Shown: positions 1-9,509 of the stretch, one piece after another
Layout of the letters: every line of letters begins with the position of its first letter
How positions within the stretch are numbered: position 1 is the stretch's first letter
Source of the DNA: a virus
DNA length: 64,000 bases
Virus record (IMG/VR): IMGVR_UViG_3300043496_000175
Location: 1-64,000 of that record
Direction: 5' to 3' (one strand)
Made by a program: the position numbers and the translations under genes
Notes under the pieces: generated by a model
Seen by the model: only the letters and a program-made list of their open reading frames with translations
Told to the model about the DNA's origin: nothing
Database searches by the model: none

Positions 1-256
1 CCGGCCGGACAAGCTCGCCTGTCTCGGTCTCGATGACGTGGCCCGGGGCGTAGGCCAGGTTCGGCCAGGACGGGTGGGAGTTGGACGGGCGGAACGTCCA
101 GCCCAGGTACTCGGCCTCATTCCGGGTGAAGTACATGGCGTTGTGCGCTGAGTCGCCGTGAGACATCACGGACTCGGCGCAGGCCTCTTTCTCGGTCACG
201 CCGGGGAACTGGGCGCAGTCGCAGGTGATGCGGGCGGCGGAGAAGTTGAAGTACAT
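1..256 (-). CDS. hypothetical Cys-containing phage protein (partial, runs off left edge)
   Basis: ATG at 256 preceded by CCGAGCAAAGGA RBS motif and promoter; reads MYFNFSAARITCDCAQFPG...LGWTFRP with no stop before the edge. Confidence 0.7.
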   Translation of the reverse strand, partial: MYFNFSAARITCDCAQFPGVTEKEACAESVMSHGDSAHNAMYFTRNEAEYLGWTFRPSNSHPSWPNLAYAPGHVIETETGELVRP

Positions 257-291
257 GGCGGGGGTCCTTTGCTCGGTGGGCTGTTGGATTG

Positions 292-321
292 ATTGTAGCG
301 GATAGTGCGGGAGAGTGTCTA
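292..321 (-). promoter_or_regulatory. SigA-like promoter TAGACA-N18-TACAAT
   Basis: Read on minus strand upstream of ORF at 256; member of repeated promoter family. Confidence 0.7.
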
Positions 322-441
322 GTCCTCGTACTGGAAGCATTTGCAGATTCGGCGGCTCCACCAGAACCAGCGGCGCAGGCCGGTGTGGTTGGCGTGGCCG
401 CAGGCAAGGCAGGCGTTGGGGTGTGGGTAGTCGCCCTTCAC
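319..441 (-). CDS. small Cys-rich hypothetical protein
   Basis: GTG start overlapping upstream stop (GTGA); CLACGH motif. Confidence 0.45.
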   Translation of the reverse strand: MKGDYPHPNACLACGHANHTGLRRWFWWSRRICKCFQYED

Positions 442-647
442 GGCAGGATGACACCCTTGGCTATGGCGTCGGCAATCGCTGCCTCGTCTCTGTTGGTGCG
501 GCACTCACGGGACGCACAGTGGCCGGGCAACGGCAGGCGGGCTCCGCCTGCCTCTGAGCACACAATGGCGTAGCCGCCCGGGGTGAGGACGGTGCCGCAA
601 TGCGGGCACGTCGGGGAGACCTGGATGGGTGCGGGGCGGTTCGGCAT
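438..647 (-). CDS. Zn-finger-like hypothetical protein
   Basis: CPHCG and CASREC motifs; GAGG RBS. Confidence 0.6.
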   Translation of the reverse strand: MPNRPAPIQVSPTCPHCGTVLTPGGYAIVCSEAGGARLPLPGHCASRECRTNRDEAAIADAIAKGVILP

Positions 648-657
648 GGCGGTCCTC

Positions 658-873
658 TCAGCGGTTGCGGTGCGGGTCTTGGGGGTACGCCCAGTCCTTG
701 CAGTCCCGGCACACCGGGAAGCGGAGCGGGTCCGGAATACCCGGCAGCCACACCTGGGCGGTGGACGGGATGGCTTGCCCGCAGAGGGTGCGGGCGGTGT
801 TGGGGAAGGACAAGTGCATGGCGGTGGTCGGTGTGCCGGTGCGGGTGTACGCGGTGTAGCTGCGGCGGGGCAT
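658..873 (-). CDS. hypothetical Zn-binding protein
   Basis: TGATG-coupled start; H..TLCG..CRDC pattern. Confidence 0.6.
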   Translation of the reverse strand: MPRRSYTAYTRTGTPTTAMHLSFPNTARTLCGQAIPSTAQVWLPGIPDPLRFPVCRDCKDWAYPQDPHRNR

Positions 874-1145
874 CAGCGGGCCTGCTGTGCATAGCGCAGG
901 CGGCAGCCGTGCGGGTGTTTGCGGTTGGTGTTGGCGTTGCACTCAGCGCAGTAGCTCTGCCCGTCGCTGGTGTAGGTCAGCTCGGCCGGACGCGGGGTGG
1001 CGATGCTGCAGCGGTCACACAGGAGATCGGTCATCTTCCAGACCGTGAAGCGGTGGCCCAGCGGACCGCAGATCAACCGGCCGCGCAACCGGTCCGGCCA
1101 CAGGTCCCGCTCGGTCCAGAACAGTGTCCAGCGGAGGCGGGGCAT
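873..1145 (-). CDS. hypothetical Cys-rich protein
   Basis: Coupled ORF in minus-strand operon; CDRC and CAEC. Confidence 0.55.
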   Translation of the reverse strand: MPRLRWTLFWTERDLWPDRLRGRLICGPLGHRFTVWKMTDLLCDRCSIATPRPAELTYTSDGQSYCAECNANTNRKHPHGCRLRYAQQAR

Positions 1146-1405
1146 CAGGGGCCTACCGGCACAACAACGTCCAGCGGCACCACAGACGGCACAGCGCCGT
1201 TGCCGGTGTAGATGATGGCCCGGTCCGGGTACTGGCTCAGGATGTGGTCGAGGTACCCGCCGGACGGGGACGCGGCGGTGGACACGGATTCAACCTCGGC
1301 GTACTCGGTCAGCCAGATTGGGGCGTTGGCGTCCTCGGCGTCGATGCCCTCCAGATCAACCGCCATGCCGGGGGTGAGCTGTTCTACGGGCAGTCCTGCG
1401 GACAT
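1145..1405 (-). CDS. hypothetical protein
   Basis: Preceded by CCGAGCAAAGGA motif (1413-1424). Confidence 0.7.
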   Translation of the reverse strand: MSAGLPVEQLTPGMAVDLEGIDAEDANAPIWLTEYAEVESVSTAASPSGGYLDHILSQYPDRAIIYTGNGAVPSVVPLDVVVPVGP

Positions 1406-1442
1406 TGTGGGTTCCTTTGCTCGGGGTGGCGGGGTTGTTGTG

Positions 1443-1476
1443 TTGAGTGTAGCAGGTGCCCCGGTAGTCTGTCTAC
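1443..1476 (-). promoter_or_regulatory. repeated promoter GTAGACAGACTACCG-N6-CTGCTACACTCAA (copy 1)
   Basis: -35 TAGACA, 18-nt spacer, extended -10 TGcTACACT; near-identical copy at 1694-1727. Confidence 0.75.
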
Positions 1477-1491
1477 TCCCGGGGCCCTTGC

Positions 1492-1662
1492 TCAGTGCCG
1501 GGCCAACTGGTGCGCGGCGTCCCAGTCATCAGCCTCACGGAACGCACGGGAGAAGTCCCCGTGATCTTCGAGCGTGGCCGTGTGGCTCGCACCGCAGGAG
1601 CACGTAGCGGTCACGGTGAAGTCGTCCCCGTGGCCGGAGTGGGTGGTTGTGGTCTCCGTCAT
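1492..1662 (-). CDS. small hypothetical protein (CSCG, W..H)
   Basis: ATG at 1662 preceded by CCGAGCAAAGGA (1669-1680). Confidence 0.7.
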   Translation of the reverse strand: MTETTTTHSGHGDDFTVTATCSCGASHTATLEDHGDFSRAFREADDWDAAHQLARH

Positions 1663-1693
1663 GGCGTTTCCTTTGCTCGGGGCGGGTGTTGTA

Positions 1694-1727
1694 TTGAGTG
1701 TAGCAGACCGGGCGGTAGTCTGTCTAC
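1694..1727 (-). promoter_or_regulatory. repeated promoter (copy 2)
   Basis: Direct repeat of 1443-1476. Confidence 0.75.
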
Positions 1728-2011
1728 AGGTTGTGCAGGTACTCCGGTCCGGCGTACCGGGCGGCGTTGGTACGGACGCGGTCCAGGTCACGCAGTGCGT
1801 CCTTGTAGGTCTGCAGCGCGTCCTGGAGAGCCTTGGCGGCCCTCCGGACGGACAACTGCGCAGCCGGTACGTTGCTATCGTTCCACGGGGTGTGCAGCAG
1901 GGTGAGGTGTTCGTCCAGGCGCAGGGTCTGGTCCCGCCACAGCGCTACCTGCAACGGGTCCTCGTCGCGCGGGTAGTCGCGGACCTCCTGGAGTTCGGTG
2001 GTCGTGCTCAT
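1724..2011 (-). CDS. hypothetical protein
   Basis: ATGA-coupled to upstream ORF; GAGG RBS. Confidence 0.7.
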   Translation of the reverse strand: MSTTTELQEVRDYPRDEDPLQVALWRDQTLRLDEHLTLLHTPWNDSNVPAAQLSVRRAAKALQDALQTYKDALRDLDRVRTNAARYAGPEYLHNL

Positions 2012-2346
2012 GCCGGGACCTCTTCGCCCTTGTGGAAGCGCTTGGTGGACTGGGCGGAGACGGTGTGGCCCGCCAGGATGTCGGAGAGCACCTTGCGGGC
2101 GAGCTGGTTCATCGCATCGGACTGCGGGTCCTCGGTGATGTGGAGGCGGTGGGAGCCGTTGCGCAGAACGGAGACAGCGGACGGCAGGATGTACCGCACG
2201 GAGTTGATGAAGTCGCCGTCCGGCGTGCGGGCCTCGGTGTACAGGTCCACCGCTCCCTCCCGGAGTTCTCCGGGCTCAAACGCCTGCACCGTGTAGGTGG
2301 CGTGGGCGGAGTCGGGGCCGGTGGTGGAGACGGTGATCTCGTGCAT
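2008..2346 (-). CDS. hypothetical protein
   Basis: ATG at 2346 with CCGAGCAAGGGA motif; promoter TTGCAC-N17-TACTGT at 2384-2412. Confidence 0.7.
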   Translation of the reverse strand: MHEITVSTTGPDSAHATYTVQAFEPGELREGAVDLYTEARTPDGDFINSVRYILPSAVSVLRNGSHRLHITEDPQSDAMNQLARKVLSDILAGHTVSAQSTKRFHKGEEVPA

Positions 2347-2575
2347 GGCGTGTGTGCTCCCTTGCTCGGTGGGTGTTAGAAGTACAGTAGCAGGGGTGGC
2401 GGTAGAGTGCAAGTAGGTTGCGGCTAGAAACTTGTCGGAGATTCTTGGCCGTAGCTGTTGCGTAGTAGCGGAGGGTGCGGTAGAGTGATGGAAGAACAGA
2501 ACAGAGGGAACGCCCGCAGGGTCTCTACGCCGGAGACTTGGCCCCTAAGCCGGGGGTGCGGGCGGTCCGTCTGGT

Positions 2576-3223
2576 TCACCAGCAGGGCGTGACGTAGTCC
2601 AGGTCGATGCCCTGGCGGTTGTAGAGCGGAGCCTCGGTCAAGATCGCTTCCTTCTCGGCAGCGGAGGCTGCTTCGCAGGAGTCGAACCATTCCGTGGTGG
2701 AACGGGTCGCCTCGGAGAACCACGCGGAGTGCTTGGCGTGCTCCTTGCGTCGGCCCTCCAGATCCTCGCGGGAGGTGAAGCCGACGTACAGCAGCAGCTT
2801 GTGGTTGAAGTACCGGTACACCGCTGCGCGGCCAGTGCGGCGCGCGGTCGGCAATCGGCGGCGCGGAGGCAGGTCGGGCGTCCACCGTGGCGCTGGTGGA
2901 GCGGGCGGGGCTTCCAGCACCAGGCGGGGCCCTGGTGGCGGCTCGGGCGGCAGTGGCTCCCTCATAGGACTGGAGCCTGGCCCTATCGGGCAGTAAGTCT
3001 CCCGGGGTGCCAGAGACGCGCGGTACTCGGCGTGCTCGGTGGTCACCTTCATCAGTCGCGGCAGGTCGTAACACACCTGGTGTTTGCCGTTCCGGTAAAT
3101 GTCGGCCCGCCAGGTGCCGGGCTGGTAACGGTTCCACCGCCACAATTCCCCGGTGACGTCGGAGAGCACCACGTAATCACCCCGGCGCAGCGCGCCTAGC
3201 CACGCTTCAAGCTCCGGCGGCAT
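2576..3223 (-). CDS. GIY-YIG nuclease domain protein
   Basis: C-terminal VYRYF..LLYVGFT..R..H..AEKEAI..E.PLYN matches the GIY-YIG pattern; Pro-rich linker. Confidence 0.75.
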   Translation of the reverse strand: MPPELEAWLGALRRGDYVVLSDVTGELWRWNRYQPGTWRADIYRNGKHQVCYDLPRLMKVTTEHAEYRASLAPRETYCPIGPGSSPMREPLPPEPPPGPRLVLEAPPAPPAPRWTPDLPPRRRLPTARRTGRAAVYRYFNHKLLLYVGFTSREDLEGRRKEHAKHSAWFSEATRSTTEWFDSCEAASAAEKEAILTEAPLYNRQGIDLDYVTPCW

Positions 3224-3488
3224 CGGTGGCGTCCTTCTTGCTGAGTTGATACCGGCGCGCGGACACGCTGGCAACGCTGCGGCCCGTGCGGCGGGCAATG
3301 CTGCGCGGGGAGTTCTTAGGGTTGCGTAACAGTTCCAGTTCCTCGGGCGTCCACCGTCTGCGGTCGGCAGCGGCCGGGATCGGTGGCTGCGCCAGTAGTT
3401 CGTCCAGCGTGTCCTCCAGACCCTGGCCGGTTGCGGCAGCGTGCTCGATCAGCCGTTGCTGCTGGGTGGGAGTGAGTTGGATGGTCAC
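3207..3488 (-). CDS. DNA-binding protein (RHH-like N-terminus plus Myb/HTH-like C-terminus)
   Basis: WTPEELELL...IARRTGRSVASVSARR; GTGA-coupled start. Confidence 0.65.
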   Translation of the reverse strand: MTIQLTPTQQQRLIEHAAATGQGLEDTLDELLAQPPIPAAADRRRWTPEELELLRNPKNSPRSIARRTGRSVASVSARRYQLSKKDATDAAGA

Positions 3489-3949
3489 CACGATGCGTCC
3501 AGGTACCCGGCCTTGTGCATGTGCACGCAGGCGTCGTAGATGCTGGTGAACGTCTGCCGCATCGGGATCGCTCCCGGCAGGTAGAACCGGAACACTCTGC
3601 GGCCTCCTTCGTCGGTGGTGTTCATCTGGTACAGGTACGCAAACGCCGGGGTCTTCTGGGGATTCTCGACGCACACCCGCAGGGACGTCGCGGTGGTGCG
3701 TGGGACCTTCGGGGCGGACAGGCGCGGGGAGCGTCGGCGGGTGCCCTTGGGGTAGAGGGATTGGCGCTCGAAGTGCACCCGCTGGCGCTGTTCCTTGCGG
3801 ATCAGTTGCGCAGGTGTCAGCGGGACTTTGTTGAGGTTGTGCGTGGGCTCGGGCTCGTCGTCCTCCCATTCCCCGGTCTCGAAGTTGAGGACCTGGGGCG
3901 GTTTGTCCGGTTCGTCGTCGTCGGGCGTGGGCAGCGGGTCAGCGGTCAT
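3485..3949 (-). CDS. hypothetical protein
   Basis: Leaderless-type start: TAAACT-N7-ATG. Confidence 0.65.
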   Translation of the reverse strand: MTADPLPTPDDDEPDKPPQVLNFETGEWEDDEPEPTHNLNKVPLTPAQLIRKEQRQRVHFERQSLYPKGTRRRSPRLSAPKVPRTTATSLRVCVENPQKTPAFAYLYQMNTTDEGGRRVFRFYLPGAIPMRQTFTSIYDACVHMHKAGYLDASW

Positions 3950-4896
3950 GGTTGATAGTTTACACAGTGTTGGTAGCTGGGTCTATGGTGCCTGACCTGG
4001 GGGAACGGGTAAGATATTGGGGCTGGACAACTGAACAGAGGATCGCGGACAAGGTCTGCGGAGCGCTATCGGAACCAACGTTTGCGCCGCAGATCAGCCG
4101 GACAGCTCTTGTGAGCGCTTCCGGACCCCCTGGGGTTGCGGTGCAGGTCGTGGCCGTAGCTTCACCGTTCGTGGGGGGACCCCGCCGGGTAGACAGGTTG
4201 AGGGATGAAACTATCGTTGGATGTGTATTGATAGATAGATAGTTAGAAACACATCTAGTAGAGAGAAATTGAGTCACACTGTCATCCGTGGAATATGCCG
4301 GAGGCTTGGCTGGTCGTGCAGGTGGTTCCGAGAACAGCACGGGGAGCTAGGTGCGTGACCTGCGGAAACGTGGAGATATTCAACGGACGTTCCTAGTAAG
4401 GGGCAGACACTCTTCGCGCCGGTTAGGCTGAACGGGTGGTGTTGAGAGACCGCAGGACCGCTCAGATGGTCGCCCGGGACAGGGTCGGCCGGTTCCCCGG
4501 GCGCGGTGGGCGGGTGGCCGGTCGTGCTGCGGCTCTCGGATCACGGGACGGACAACACGCGCTGCAGGTCTGGGACTCTGAGCGGCTACGGGTCGCGGGT
4601 ATCGCCGGAAAGTTGGAGCGGGTAGCCGGGAGAGTGGGCCTGGCCGGGGCGGTGGATCTGGAGTTTCTCGTCGGCCTCGGGCGGCACGCGGTGCAGTGTC
4701 GGCGGGCAGACTGTGCCGGTTGGCTTGCCTGGGCGGTAGGCAGGCGGCCGGAGTTGGCGCAGGTCTTCGGCGCGCTGGGCGGAGAGTGGACCGGAGTTCC
4801 CCCGGGGTACGGCCAGGCGGTACGGCGGCTAGCGGCCCTGAGAGCCACGGAGAGCACCGCAGCCGGTCCCGGAGGGTAACGGGACCGGCCCGGGGC

Positions 4897-5358
4897 TTAC
4901 AGGGCGGCAGGCGCAGCCTGGGAGGCCGTAGCGGGCACCGTAGGAGCGGGGTCCCAGGCGGCACGGACACGGAACGTGTACCGGGCACCCGTCCAGGTGG
5001 CAGTGCTCACCGGGGTCACGTCCACCAGGCGGAGCAGGTGGGAATCGGTGGAGAGTTCAACGGCGGCAACCTCGGCGGCCTCGCCGGTAGCGTCCGGGGA
5101 CTGCGGCCCGAACAGGTAGACAACCGTGGCCGGGGATGTCAGCGGCCGGATGGTGGCGGAGTTGCGCAGGCGGGCGGCGACGAGCTCGTTGACCTCGGCC
5201 AGCAACGCGCGGATCTGCTCAGCGTCCACCGGGAGATTCAGCAGGACGTGGGCGCGGTTGGCCAGGTCCGCGCGGTCAAGGGTGCGGGCGGTGGCACGGA
5301 GCTGGGTCAGCGTGTTGTAGGCCTCGCGGTTGGACATGCGGCCGGTGTGGACGGACAT
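4897..5358 (-). CDS. hypothetical protein
   Basis: AAAGGA RBS, GC3-biased codons. Confidence 0.7.
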   Translation of the reverse strand: MSVHTGRMSNREAYNTLTQLRATARTLDRADLANRAHVLLNLPVDAEQIRALLAEVNELVAARLRNSATIRPLTSPATVVYLFGPQSPDATGEAAEVAAVELSTDSHLLRLVDVTPVSTATWTGARYTFRVRAAWDPAPTVPATASQAAPAAL

Positions 5359-5391
5359 GGCGGGGTTCCTTTGCGGTAGGGGACTGGGGGA

Positions 5392-5778
5392 TCAGCGCAG
5401 GCGCAGGCGGTCGGTGTTGCCGGTAATGCGGGCGGGGTCCACACCCTCTGCGGTGACTTTGGTGCCGGAATATGGGATGTGCAGATCCGTGGTGGCGCGG
5501 GCGTCCGGGTCAACCGTGAGGACGTTCCCCCAGTGCGAGGACAACTCAACCCTGACATTGCCGGACAAGACCCGCAGGGACGGGATACCGGACGTCACCT
5601 GGATGGTCAGGAGAGAGCCGGGGGAGGTCGGCCCGGTCACCGGGTATTCCCGGTCGGAGTGGTCCCGCTTGTGCACGGCAGAGGTCAGGGTCACCGTGCG
5701 CGTGGGCGCATCGGTCCGGGTCTGGCGCAACGCACGGACAGCGGTGGAGTAGTTCTGCGGGCATGGGTTGGCGGGCAT
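5392..5778 (-). CDS. hypothetical protein
   Basis: GCAAAGGA RBS. Confidence 0.65.
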   Translation of the reverse strand: MPANPCPQNYSTAVRALRQTRTDAPTRTVTLTSAVHKRDHSDREYPVTGPTSPGSLLTIQVTSGIPSLRVLSGNVRVELSSHWGNVLTVDPDARATTDLHIPYSGTKVTAEGVDPARITGNTDRLRLR

Positions 5779-5912
5779 GGGAGGAATCCTTTGCTACGGG
5801 CCCTGAGCGGGCCGCTGGCGGGTGTTTGGCTGGGGGCGGGGGTGATGCCCTCACCGCGCGCCCTCAGAGGCTTAGGCGGGCTCTGAGGGCGGCGGAGATG
5901 GGGATCACCTCC

Positions 5913-6128
5913 CTAGACGGCGGCCTCGGCCGGGGTGGCGACCAGCAGCAGGTTCAGCGCCGTGATCGTGGCGTGCACCCCAGCCTGGACAGACGACACC
6001 ATCAGGTAGTGCGGGTCGTCGGTGAAGCTCCCGCCGTGCACGTCAGCGATGCGCATGGACTCGGCGTGCAAGGTGCTGGCCAGGGTGTACTGCTCGGACA
6101 GGATGGCGTGGATCTCGGCGGCGTTCAT
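5913..6128 (-). CDS. hypothetical protein
   Basis: AAAGGA RBS. Confidence 0.65.
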   Translation of the reverse strand: MNAAEIHAILSEQYTLASTLHAESMRIADVHGGSFTDDPHYLMVSSVQAGVHATITALNLLLVATPAEAAV

Positions 6129-6191
6129 GTGGGTTCCTTTACGGCTGTGGTGCTGGGGCCCTCCCGGCGGGTGCCGGGAGGGTAAAGCGGC

Positions 6192-6506
6192 CTAGACAGC
6201 AGGCGTTGGGACGGGGTCAGCGAGAGCGGCGGTACGGGCGGCGTAGCGGCGGCCCGCGACCAGCGTGTGGCCGGAGGAGACCCACACAAGGCTGGGCTGC
6301 GCGTCCGTGAGGATGCCTGCGGTGCGGATCAGGGCCTCCGCGTAGCCCTCGGCGCTCAGAGCGGTGGGGAAGTCCTTGGCCGGGACGGCGATCCGGGGGA
6401 ACGTGGGGTGCAGGGTCGCGGAGTTGCGGACCCGCACGGAGATCTGCGGGTTGCCGTCCTCGGCCACGGCGATCTGCGCTACGTAGGTGCTCAGCGGGTA
6501 GGACAT
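6192..6506 (-). CDS. hypothetical protein
   Basis: AAAGGAG RBS. Confidence 0.7.
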   Translation of the reverse strand: MSYPLSTYVAQIAVAEDGNPQISVRVRNSATLHPTFPRIAVPAKDFPTALSAEGYAEALIRTAGILTDAQPSLVWVSSGHTLVAGRRYAARTAALADPVPTPAV

Positions 6507-6573
6507 GGTGCGCTCCTTTGGTGGGCGGTGCTGGTGGGCCCCGGGGCGGTTGCCCCGGGGCGTGGGGCGGGGT

Positions 6574-6759
6574 TCAGACAGCGGCGAGGACGCCAGCAGC
6601 CACCAGGTTGCGGATGGCGGAACGGGTGGTCACCGCGTGCCGGGGCGGCCAGTCCGCTGCGCCGAACTCATAGCGGACGCGGTCCGCGTTGCCGGTGCTG
6701 ACCACGCGGCAGAGCCCCTGCGTCGGGTGGTTGAAACGGAACCCTGGTTCGATGTTCAT
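6574..6759 (-). CDS. hypothetical protein
   Basis: CCGAGCAAGGGA motif at 6766-6777. Confidence 0.65.
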   Translation of the reverse strand: MNIEPGFRFNHPTQGLCRVVSTGNADRVRYEFGAADWPPRHAVTTRSAIRNLVAAGVLAAV

Positions 6760-6793
6760 TACTGCTCCCTTGCTCGGCGGGGTGTGTCTGATC

Positions 6794-6823
6794 AGTATGA
6801 CGGATGGCGCGGCAGAGTGTCAA
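6794..6823 (-). promoter_or_regulatory. SigA-like promoter TTGACA-N18-CATACT
   Basis: Consensus -35; spacer begins CTCTGCCG as in sibling promoters. Confidence 0.75.
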
Positions 6824-6826
6824 GCG

Positions 6827-7006
6827 CTACCGGGAGAAACTTGCCAGGACATCCACGGCCGTGTCACCGGAGCAAATCGGCAGGTACCCGATACGGGTCC
6901 CGGCCTCGGTGCTGGTGACAATCGCCAGGGTGGCCCGGCGAGTGCAGTGGAAGCACTCCAGCTTGTGCGAGGGATGAGCAATCGGTTGCGTCCGGCGGGT
7001 GAGCAT
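6827..7006 (-). CDS. small Cys-containing hypothetical protein
   Basis: GAAAGGA RBS; CFHC motif. Confidence 0.55.
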   Translation of the reverse strand: MLTRRTQPIAHPSHKLECFHCTRRATLAIVTSTEAGTRIGYLPICSGDTAVDVLASFSR

Positions 7007-7049
7007 GGCGGGATCCTTTCTAGGGGCGTACAGGGCAACTGAGAGGGCA

Positions 7050-7256
7050 CTACGGGCGGGCGTCCAGCGTGACCAGGGACCGATGCGCGGCGTGGGTGGT
7101 GTTCCGGCTACCGCCGTTGCGGGTGGAGATCCGGTAGGTGACCAGGTACAGCCGGTCGTCCAACGGGTGCGGCAGCACCGACACGCGCCGGGCGGCCTTG
7201 CCCTTGAGCTTGAGCGTGCCGGTGGGGATCGGGGACGGGGATGCAGGTGCGTGCAT
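7050..7256 (-). CDS. hypothetical protein
   Basis: GAAAGGA RBS. Confidence 0.6.
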   Translation of the reverse strand: MHAPASPSPIPTGTLKLKGKAARRVSVLPHPLDDRLYLVTYRISTRNGGSRNTTHAAHRSLVTLDARP

Positions 7257-7311
7257 GGCAGGAGTCCTTTCAGGGGCGGAGCGTGGACGTGGGAGGCCTT
7301 GCCGGGGGTGT

Positions 7312-7488
7312 CTAGTCCTCGCGGCCCGCGCGGAACGCCTGCGCCTCGCGGCGGCGCTGCGTGCGCCGGAGCTTGCGGGCGGAGGAGATGTGCGCGGCCC
7401 GGGTGCAGCAGGGGCACGCGCGGCCGGTGCCGGGGAGTGGGCGAACGTGCGCCTCGCGCAGCGCCTGGGTGTTCATCATGGCGGCCAT
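7312..7488 (-). CDS. small basic protein (CPCC, Arg-rich)
   Basis: AAAGGAG RBS; own TTGCAC promoter upstream; translated by hand. Confidence 0.55.
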   Translation of the reverse strand: MAAMMNTQALREAHVRPLPGTGRACPCCTRAAHISSARKLRRTQRRREAQAFRAGRED

Positions 7489-7778
7489 GGGTGGCGGCTC
7501 CTTTGGTTGGGCCCCGGCGGGGCGTTGAGTGGATCTAGTTACATACTGCCGTACGGGGCGGCAGAGTGCAACACGTACGGGGAAGATTCCCAGATCAATT
7601 TTGCGGGCCCTAGCGCGGCCGTAGGCGGGCGTGGGAGCTCGGGAGGCAGGAACGGGCCCGGGAGCCGGTTACGGGCGGCAGAGAGGCGTACAGGCGGCGC
7701 TGCGGGCATCCTGCGCGCGGGGGCGGAACGCAAAACGCCCCCGCCGGGTGGGCGGGGGCGTTGCGGGGCGGGGGAGCG

Positions 7779-8453
7779 TCAGAACTTGGAAGCGCAGACC
7801 GGACCGATACCCCGGGCGACGGACTCGTCATCCGTGAGATGCCGCATGCAGACGCAGCACGTGCCGGTCGCCTTGCCGAACTCAGCGGCATCCTCGCGGG
7901 ACATCAGCACAGCCCCGGCGGGCATCCGGGTAGCTGCGCCGTAGTACTCGAACGCATCGGCGTCGGCGTCCCACAGCTTGACGCACAACACGCCACGCTG
8001 GGTCCGGTAGGCGTGGAAGACTCGCCCGTCCGGGGTGCGGTACGTCTGGCCATCCTGTACGTCCAGCGTGCCCGTAGGGGCGGCTGAGTTGCGCTGTGCG
8101 GCCTTACGCTCGCACTCCTGAGTGCGGGTACGCAGCGCGCGGTCAGAGGCCAGCCACGCGTCGATGGTGGCCCGTACCGGGGCCCGTTCGTTCAATGCCT
8201 GCTGAATCGCGGCCACCGTCACGGCCGGATCAGACAGCCGTGCGATTTCCGCGTCAATGTCCGCGCGGGTGATCGTGCCGACCGGCTCAACCGTGCGCAA
8301 CATGCGGACCTGATACTCGTGGGAGCGGGCCACGATGGCGGCCACCATGTCACGCTGTTTGGCGGACATGCCCTTACCTACCGGGCCCGTGTGGGGACGG
8401 GGTGCGTAGCGCTGGGATGCGTAAGCGGTGGTGGCGGTCCTGTCGATGGCCAT
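7779..8453 (-). CDS. DUF6011-like Zn-ribbon protein
   Basis: C-terminal CCVCMRHLTDDESVARGIGPVC; CCGAGCAAGGGA motif upstream. Confidence 0.8.
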   Translation of the reverse strand: MAIDRTATTAYASQRYAPRPHTGPVGKGMSAKQRDMVAAIVARSHEYQVRMLRTVEPVGTITRADIDAEIARLSDPAVTVAAIQQALNERAPVRATIDAWLASDRALRTRTQECERKAAQRNSAAPTGTLDVQDGQTYRTPDGRVFHAYRTQRGVLCVKLWDADADAFEYYGAATRMPAGAVLMSREDAAEFGKATGTCCVCMRHLTDDESVARGIGPVCASKF

Positions 8454-8635
8454 GGTGTGTTCTCCCTTGCTCGGGCCCCGGGGCGGGGCGGGTGTCCGTT
8501 CATTGTGCCGCATCACGCGGCAGACTGTCTATAGGCTTTCCCAGGGCTCAGCGGGCCCGTACGGGCCCGTGTGCCGGATCCGGTAGGAACGGGCCCGTGC
8601 CGGGTGTGCGTCCGGGAGCGGGCCCGTGAGAGGCC

Positions 8636-8902
8636 TTACCGGCCGTATTTCTCGGCCGCCCGGTAGGCCTCCCGGGTGTAGCCGTAGTCAAGCGCCAGAC
8701 CGACGCGCGGATCGTCTTCCTCACCCAGACATAGCCTCTCCAGCGCGCTGCCCGTGTAGTCCTGAGTTGCGTGCACATGATGCGCGGCAAGCTGACACGC
8801 GGTGACGGATGCGCGGCCGGACAGTTCCGCCGGGTGCGTGGCCACCATGGCAACGCACGCGGCGATCGTGAGGGCGGCTGTGGTGATGATGGTTCGGTTC
8901 AC
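8636..8902 (-). CDS. membrane/secreted hypothetical protein
   Basis: GTG start with GAGG RBS; hydrophobic N-terminus. Confidence 0.55.
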   Translation of the reverse strand: MNRTIITTAALTIAACVAMVATHPAELSGRASVTACQLAAHHVHATQDYTGSALERLCLGEEDDPRVGLALDYGYTREAYRAAEKYGR

Positions 8903-9008
8903 CGGTTGTCCTCTCGGGTCGCGGCGTAAGCATCGCCCGCGTGGGTAACAGGGTCGCGGTCTGCCACATCGAGCATTTCCAACACGCGGCGCGCGTGCTC
9001 CTGGCGTT

Positions 9009-9494
9009 CTAGGTCTTCTTGCGTCGGCATTGTCTGCACTCCCTATAGGTTTGCCCCGGGCGATTGCTGCCCCGGGTACGGATGGCTGTGTTCTCTGGCG
9101 TGTACTCGTGCCCTTGCGGGCAGTGTGTGCGGCGGCTGTAACCGTTTCTGCCGCGCGTATCTCGGTCGTTAGAGTTATCCCTACGCGTGCCATCGATTAG
9201 GTGCTTAGGATTGACGCAGGGTGGGTTATCGCACGTGTGGCGGACGATGGTCGGCCAGTAGCCGTGTGTGAGACGGAAGACCACGCGCGACACCAGTAGT
9301 GACCGCTGGTCAACGCTAATGGTCCCGTACTCTCCGGCATTGCGTGATCCTGTCCATAGGTGACAATCGGGCGTGACCTGTGTTTGCCTGTTCAGCTTGT
9401 GCCGTAAGGACTCTCCTGTCCTCGTGCTGCCACGATCGCCAGCAATCCATACCCGTTCGGTGTCAGGGTTGAGTATCTGCCACGTGTCAGCCAT
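9009..9494 (-). CDS. HNH homing endonuclease (HNH_3 type with C-terminal Zn finger)
   Basis: CHLWTG..YG..VRHTCDNPPCVNPKHL..GT..DN..D; THCPQGHEY..RECRQC; leaderless TACCAT-N6-ATG. Confidence 0.9.
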   Translation of the reverse strand: MADTWQILNPDTERVWIAGDRGSTRTGESLRHKLNRQTQVTPDCHLWTGSRNAGEYGTISVDQRSLLVSRVVFRLTHGYWPTIVRHTCDNPPCVNPKHLIDGTRRDNSNDRDTRGRNGYSRRTHCPQGHEYTPENTAIRTRGSNRPGQTYRECRQCRRKKT

Positions 9495-9509
9495 GCATCC
9501 ATGGTAACC

